Shown one piece after another: positions 9,241 through 17,665 of a stretch of DNA of 17,665 bases. Below the pieces are notes generated by a model. That model was not told the DNA's origin. It did no database searches and saw nothing but the letters and a program-made list of their open reading frames with translations. The DNA is from Eledone cirrhosa (Eukaryota), in NCBI GenBank assembly GCA_964016885.1, contig CAXHJY010000965.1, positions 1 to 17,665 on the forward strand, in the 5' to 3' direction. Each line of letters begins with the position of its first letter. The first letter of the stretch is position 1. The position numbers were made by a program, and so were the translations under genes.

Positions 9241-9365
9241 TAAGTTATTCGGAGTTGAATTGGGGGTAACCACAGTAAGTAAGGTACTCAATACATAGCA
9301 GAATAAATGTTTTAAGATAGAAAAGCTTCTACCACAGGACTAGAACTGTTTCATTCGTGAGAAAT

Positions 9366-9396
<31 letters not shown>

Positions 9397-9399
9397 CTA

Positions 9400-9440
<41 letters not shown>

Positions 9441-9954
9441 GTATGTGGTTGACGGCTGAGAGGAAGGAGTACTCAATACCGCAGTACAGTTTTAATATTC
9501 ATTTATATTAAGGCTAAAACGTGAATCTTGTTACTTTGGGGTTTCGTCTGTTTATCACTGGTGTCTCTGTGTGTATACGAGTATATGTATATGTTTATAT
9601 ATACATATATACATACACACATATATATATATATATATATATACACTACCATATAGCTCAAAGATACCTACCTACCTATCTGTATACATACATACATACA
9701 TACATACATAGGTGTATATATACGTACTTACCTCCCTACATACATATACATACGTACATAGATGTATACATAGGTACCAACATATACAAGTACGTACGCA
9801 TGTATGTATACAAAGCAAACCTGTAAAACACAAGATCACTCTGCAAGTGACTATACATAGTATTGTTTCTTATACAATACCTGCGTTCTATATTACTTCA
9901 AGAATATAGAAAAAGGAGGAATACATACATATGGACAAATGTGAGTGTGTATCG

Positions 9955-10008
<54 letters not shown>

Positions 10009-10181
10009 ATATCTATCTATATATCTATCTATATATATATATCTATCTCTATATCTATCTATATATATATATATCTATCTATATATCTATCTCTATATAT
10101 ATATCTATCTCTATATCTATCTATATATATCTATCTATCTATATATCTATCTGTCTGTATATCTATCTCTATATATATCTA

Positions 10182-10212
<31 letters not shown>

Positions 10213-10505
10213 ATATATCTGTCCGTCTGTCTATCTCTATATGTCTGTTTGCCTGTCTGTCTGTCCACACACACACTCACACTCACACACAAACACACAC
10301 ACATACACATGCATGCATGCTACATATATATGTACTACACACAAGCTCATACACACACTCATTTATACACTATTCTTAATATACATATATTCACAAATAC
10401 ACATGCATAGACACACACACACACACACTCACACATACACATACACACACACATATATATATATACACTAAATACATACATAAATATATACATACATATA
10501 TATAC
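9955..10505. repeat. Compound (GTCT)n/(ATCT)n/(CA)n microsatellite block
   Basis: Read directly from the sequence. It accounts for the SVCL/IYLS ORFs. Confidence 0.95.
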
Positions 10506-10634
10506 AGTTGGGTTTGTCACGATGTAATTGTAATCCCTTCATAAACTCACGTCCTTTCACTCACAAACGTTGTTCCCCTCTCACAATACACACAACCCAT
10601 GTGATACATTTACTTAACTAAATCAACGAGGAGG

Positions 10635-10671
<37 letters not shown>

Positions 10672-10720
10672 TACACACATACACACACATATATATATAT
10701 ATATACATACATACATATGT

Positions 10721-10777
<57 letters not shown>

Positions 10778-10779
10778 TA

Positions 10780-10856
10780 CAGTTGCCCCCCACCCAAGTG
10801 TATACACACTTCAACAGCATTCTAATATGCGTATACATTTTTTGGGGGACACCCTG
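10780..10856. mobile_element. Possible 77-bp Tc1/mariner-type mini-MITE
   Basis: TA|CAGTTGCCCCCCACCCAAGTGTATACACA ... TGCGTATACATTTTTTGGGGGACACCCTG|TA: imperfect ~29-bp TIRs with TA flanks. Confidence 0.55.
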
Positions 10857-11100
10857 TATACGCATACATATTTGTATGTATATACATACAGACACATACA
10901 TATGTATAGACACATACATATGTATATCCATACATAGGCACATAGATATGTGTATACATACACATACATACATATACACACACATACATAGATGTATGTA
11001 TATATCTCCAAGAAGCTTTAGTGTGTGTTGAACTAAGGTCCTTGCATGGAGTGGGGATAAATTAGGGTAAATATATAATATAAATGAAGAAGTGACTTAC

Positions 11101-11125
11101 GCAATCTCTGTAGCATCATCTCTGG
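11101..11125 (-). other. Candidate 25-nt micro-exon (PEMMLQRL in phase 0)
   Basis: ttatttattttttcatacattccag|CCAGAGATGATGCTACAGAGATTGC|gtaagt has consensus acceptor and donor in a unique island between microsatellites. Confidence 0.45.
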
Positions 11126-11238
11126 CTGGAATGTATGAAAAAATAAATAAACATCAACAACAACAACAGCAACAACAACAACCCTATATAAACAGTCAGT
11201 TGTCTCTTTAGTCGAAGTTGTTTAAACTGACGTGTGAA

Positions 11239-11266
11239 TGTATGTATGTATGTATGTATGTATGTA

Positions 11267-11339
<73 letters not shown>

Positions 11340-11674
11340 CTATGTATGTATGTTCTGGTTTTATAATTTTGTATGTATGTATGTGTGTATGTATGTATGT
11401 ATCTATGTATGTATGTTCTGGTTTTATAATTTTGTATGTATGCATGTATGTATGCATGTATGTATGTATGTATGCATGTATACATGTATGTATGTATGTA
11501 TGTATGTATACATGTATGTATGTATGTTCTGGTTTTATGTATGTATGTATGTATGTATGTATTTGTAGGTTTGTTTGAGTGTGTGTGTGCTTGCACGGAA
11601 GTATTTACGTGTGTGTTTGAGTGCGTTAATGAATTTAGCACACATATGTGCAGTTACCCCACATGTATATGGAT

Positions 11675-11733
<59 letters not shown>

Positions 11734-11803
11734 TAGTACCTTCACTTGACTTTGTTTCCCCATAACTTTCTTAATAACGTATATTTTGCATGCACGAACG
11801 CTC

Positions 11804-11888
<85 letters not shown>

Positions 11889-11897
11889 CATGCACAC

Positions 11898-11942
<45 letters not shown>

Positions 11943-12106
11943 AGTAAGGACGATTATGCATAATACACGCATGCCTGCTGTATGAAAACTTTATATGTGC
12001 GTGTGTGTGTGTGTGTATATGTATGTGTGGGTGTGTGTATATGTGCGTGTGGGTGTGTGTATATGTATGTGTGGGTGTGTGTATATGTATGTGTGGGTGT
12101 GTGTGC
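11239..12106. repeat. (TATG)n/(TG)n/(CA)n microsatellite cluster with an internal 63-bp duplication
   Basis: GTTCTGGTTTTAT at 11352, 11415 and 11526; (TG)n 11271-11328 and 11678-11728; (CA)n ~11810-11940. Confidence 0.95.
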
Positions 12107-12189
12107 GCTAACGTTCTCGATGTAGTAAAAGAAAAAAAAAACTTTAGTTATGAGTGAACAATCCGTTTCGTCCATCTGACGGGCATCCG

Positions 12190-12300
12190 CACAGTTTCTG
12201 TCTACATAATTTTACTCACGAGTGTTAGAGACAAATGGGACTATGGTAAAAGATATTTGCCTAAAATGTGACGAACTGGGACTGAACCCAAGATCTTAGG
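12190..12300 (-). mobile_element. Degenerate SINE (second family)
   Basis: CAGTTTCTGTCTAC...ACTCAC...CTATGGTAAAAGATATTTGCC...TGGGACTGAACCC, giving B-box-like GGGTTCAGTCCCA on the minus strand. Confidence 0.6.
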
Positions 12301-12305
12301 GTGGA

Positions 12306-12482
12306 TAAAGTGGATTAAATTCACCCCAGTACATTACTGGTACTCTATTTTATCGACACTGTAAGGATGAAAGGCAAAACTGATTTCAGGGAGATTTGAA
12401 CTTAGAACGTAAAGGGCCGTAACTATATACCGCAAAGCATGTTGTCTGATACTCTACGGATTCTATTGCTAATCCACGGCCC
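12306..12482 (-). mobile_element. tRNA-derived SINE
   Basis: The reverse complement matches the 4775-5195 copies (CCCCAGTACATTACTGGTAC, GGATGAAAGGCAAA, GATTTGAACTTAGAACGTAAAGGG). Confidence 0.88.
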
Positions 12483-12637
12483 TAATAAGTTTGTATACAT
12501 ATGATGGAGTTGTAGGGGCGCCATATTGGCATACGGCGTTTCTTGGGCATTTTAAACCTGGCGAAACCCATCTCCTTTTCAGGCCTGAGAAGGACAGAAA
12601 TTGAGAGAGAGGAAGTACGAAAGAGATATTGAAGAAG

Positions 12638-12797
12638 AATCGACCCCAGTACTAGACTGGTACTTTATTTTTTTTTTTATCAATCTCGAAAGGATGAAAA
12701 GCAAAGTTGACCTCAACGGGATTTGAACTTAGAGAGCAGAGTTCCTGAACGATGCGACAAGACATTCTATTCGACATTCTAACGCCTGCCAATTCGC

Positions 12798-12800
<3 letters not shown>
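12638..12800 (-). mobile_element. tRNA-derived SINE
   Basis: ATCGACCCCAGTACTAGACTGGTAC, GAAAGGATGAAAAGCAAAGTTGACCTC, GATTTGAAC and CTGCCAATTCGCC. Confidence 0.85.

Positions 12801-12865
<65 letters not shown>
12801..12865. repeat. (TA)n microsatellite
   Basis: Pure TA run. Confidence 0.97.
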
Positions 12866-12871
<6 letters not shown>

Positions 12872-12880
12872 AATCTTTAC

Positions 12881-12997
12881 CTGGGTCCTGTATTTTCGTT
12901 GCTCTAGTGATGCGGTCGGACTGCCGACTGCTATATCTAATTTGCTAAGCTGTCTGAACGTAATGTTATTACTCTGGGGTCTTACCTCATCTGAGTG
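12881..12997 (-). other. Candidate 117-nt phase 0-0 exon (HSDEVRPQSNNITFRQLSKLDIAVGSPTASLEQRKYRTQ)
   Basis: tttgtagctttag| acceptor, open frame, CAG|gtaaag donor. An internal in-frame donor GAG|gtaaga lies at 12986. No recognisable homology. Confidence 0.35.
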
Positions 12998-13073
12998 CTA
13001 AAGCTACAAACCGAATAAGCATACACGCTAGCTTGGCCGTATACTAGAGCTTCGTCTATGCTGTACTAAAATT

Positions 13074-13078
<5 letters not shown>

Positions 13079-13138
<60 letters not shown>
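13079..13138. repeat. (CA)n microsatellite
   Basis: Pure CA run. Confidence 0.97.
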
Positions 13139-13140
<2 letters not shown>

Positions 13141-14501
13141 GCCATAGAAAGGGAAATGGTTACTGTGGAAGATTACTGAGATAACAGTAATATGATATTG
13201 ATAAATATGGCTTAAGGATAATCCCGGATATTATCTCGCTTAGATACAAGCAGCTTCCTGCCATCTTTTAGGATCCCTTTTTATGATAAGAATACCTAAA
13301 AACAAACAAACAAACCGACCAGTCGCTGATAAGGACTCCTCATTTGATAATGGCGAAAACACTTCATAAGTTGCAGACGATGCTTTGGTTTATTTTATGC
13401 CTTTCTCTTCTCTCTCTTCTCCCTCGCCTTAATCTTATTTACTATTAATAGAGCCATCAAAATGTCCAGAAATACTACCATTATTGTTACTACTACAACT
13501 GCTACTACTTATAATGAATGAACGAATAAATAAACACTAGTACATGTATAGTGAGTACCACTTCTACCGTTTGTAGATCTACGGTTTCATCTCTCTCTCT
13601 ATATATAATCTTATTACCAAAAAACAGTCAATCTATAAGAAGAAATTCTATTACTTTATACTGATGTCTACACGCGTTTCAACTTCAATATTAGCACATA
13701 ATACTAAAGCTTCGCCAGGAAATTAATTCGGGATTATATATATATATAAAAGGGTGGTGTGATCATGCCCGTAGATGCAATAATTTAGGTTATAAACCCT
13801 ATTTTATAAGTTATTTTATAGTATCTCCGCGCATGAGCAGACCACTCTTAATATTAACTTTATCCTCTCAGCCCTTCGTAAAAGTCTGAGAGATCAGCTA
13901 CGTTTCTAAGAGATGTATGTATGTACGTATGTATGTATGTATGTGATCATATGCATAGATATATATTATATACATAACATTGATAATTAGGTCACTGTAA
14001 AAAAATATGTAATAACATTACTGAAGTGAATTTCTACACAAAGGCTCTTTATTCCTTCATTGTTTTGCCATATGTTGACAAGAAATTTTGAAAATGTATC
14101 CTTTAATGTTAATTATAAAATTTCAGTATGTTTGCTTACTCAAGCGTAAACAAGAATGTAGCATGTCAACACAAAGTATTTGAATGATGCTTAGTTTTAA
14201 ATAACAAATCTTTATATTTCGGCTTAATTTGGTTTTTCAAGGCAAAAGAAAAGATATTCTCCAATCATAAACTATCAACTATTCAACGATAAAATACAGC
14301 TACATTTTATACTAGAACACTAGCCATGTATCTTAAATCTCTCCATCCACCCCCTCTCCCCCTCTCCCCTCCTCCCCCTCTCTCTCTCTCTCTCATTCAC
14401 ATACATACATATGAAACACACATTTAAATTTTGAAGACCAAAACAATGCGTATGAAGAATGTGTTTCCTATTCAACAATGCTTCAGACAAGCTACAAAAC
14501 G

Positions 14502-14526
14502 CGCACGCACACGCACACGCACACGC

Positions 14527-14600
<74 letters not shown>
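14502..14600. repeat. (CACACG)n grading into (CA)n
   Basis: Read directly from the sequence. Confidence 0.95.
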
Positions 14601-14606
<6 letters not shown>

Positions 14607-15448
14607 CCTGCTTGATCAGGGTTGAACTGAACATAAACAGCACCAACAACTCAGCTGATTAGGTGGCCTGGAAAATAAATTTCCCTGAAATAGTGTAACA
14701 GGAATTGATTATGCATAAATATATTTCATATTGTTTTGGGGGTGCAGTGTCTCTCTCCCTTTCTTTTGTTGCTTGATTCTTCTTCTCCTTTTCATAGAAC
14801 ACTGTAATGTTTATAGTCGTAACTTCATATTCTCATGAAAGGCCTGACCTAAAACGTTAATTTTCCCCTGGAGAAATTATCCTCGAAATAGACCTCAGCA
14901 ACTTTCAACGAATTTTAGAAGATGCATTTAATTAATTCCAACTTTTAAGAGTTATGTCTCTTGGAAAGAAAAAAATAATAAAAATAGTAAAAGAACTTAT
15001 AAATTACCTCCCTTTAAATTACAACTATGATATAATAGATATTTTTTTTAAGGGAAGTAACTCAAGTTCAGTTACCACCTCTCTTCTCTTGCCCTCCCGC
15101 TAGTTGTCAGCGAACGGTGTGGGCGATTCCCACATAAATTTACTTAATTTTCTGTTTCTTTTTGTTGAGGGTGAGTTTGACTATATTATCAAATGTATAT
15201 ACCCCGCTCTCCTCATTCATGATTGTCGGGTGTGTGCTTTGAGGGACGTATGGCTGCTATTTCTAGCTTTTGATAATAGTCTGCTGGATTGGAGGTGACC
15301 TTGCATAACCCGTGTAATCAGTAATAGTTTTGTAACTTAACTCTTTTGATAGCATATTTCTAATAAAAGACGCCTCATTATTGGACTGGCGCTTGAAACA
15401 TAACTTAATAAAGGTTCTTACTCAAAATTACGATGGGAAGATTTTACG

Positions 15449-15610
15449 CACACATACATACATACATATGCACACCCATACATACATATGCACACCCATA
15501 CATACATATGCACACACATACATACATACGTATGCACACACACACACATACATACATATGCACACACATACATATGCACACACACATACATACATACATA
15601 TGCACACACA
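15449..15610. repeat. ~20-bp CATACATACATATGCACACM tandem units
   Basis: About 7 imperfect copies. Confidence 0.85.
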
Positions 15611-15794
15611 GACAATTTCGTGTCGCAGAACCAGGGCAGATTTGGGTGGTTTGGATATAAAAAGGTTGACAGCTGTGAATTTCTCCCTTGTCGCCATGGA
15701 AGGGTGGTGTTGTTAAAGGTTCGTAATTAATTCTGGACGCCATGAGCAGCAAGGAGTTGGTGGCGGCGGCGGCAGAAGAACGTTTGGCTCTTGT

Positions 15795-15972
15795 ATTTGG
15801 TTTTGTGGTTGGTGTTGATGGTAGTGTTGTTTTTGTCATAAGTACTGTTGTTGTCGCTAGCGTTGTTAGTTGCCGTTGGTGGTGTTGGTGATGTTGGTGT
15901 TCGCAGTGTTGTTGTTGGTGTTGTTGGTCATATTATTGTTATTGGTGATATTGTTGTTGTTTGTTGGTTGTT
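15795..15972. repeat. Degenerate (GTT/GGT)n trinucleotide low-complexity tract
   Basis: Read directly from the sequence. Confidence 0.8.
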
Positions 15973-16104
15973 TACCCCGAATTCAACAGGCATTAATGCT
16001 TTTGTAGCCAAAAGGGCGCCTCGTTATCGATTACTTTCAACGAACAACGGTCATTAAATATATCTACTGCCTGACGTTGTCTCCGACGATTTGTATTACT
16101 CTTC

Positions 16105-17665
<1,561 letters not shown>

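Noticed and set aside
9241-9565. Possible retroelement terminal fragments (GTACTCAATAC twice)
   Set aside because: The shared match is too short to assign a family without a library search.
15752-15901. Plus-strand 49-aa hydrophobic ORF MSSKELVAAAAEERLALV...
   Set aside because: The Val richness comes from the (GTT)n tract, and there is no independent support.

Overview
AT-rich, microsatellite-saturated eukaryotic genomic DNA. The tRNA-derived SINE families and the (TA)n/(CA)n/(TATG)n load suggest a coleoid cephalopod, probably Octopus; this is an inference. The one well-supported gene is an intron-containing secretory-type phospholipase A2 on the minus strand, with coding exons at about 4528-4504, 3889-3749, 2838-2673 and 2247-2135. 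Its last exon was not found and probably lies left of the window. The spliced product looks like a type II membrane-anchored pro-PLA2: short N-tail, hydrophobic anchor, RLKR furin-type site, then the YGCFCGLG Ca2+ loop and CCxxHDxCY active site. The rest is intron or upstream DNA. It holds a 52-bp minisatellite that appears to have grown inside a SINE, about ten SINE copies (tandem dimers and a near-perfect inverted pair), a hAT-type MITE with an 8-bp TSD, a possible Tc1/mariner mini-MITE, an exact 86-bp duplication and a 1.56-kb (TA)n tract. Nearly all listed ORFs are microsatellite artefacts. No CRISPR or prokaryotic system is present.
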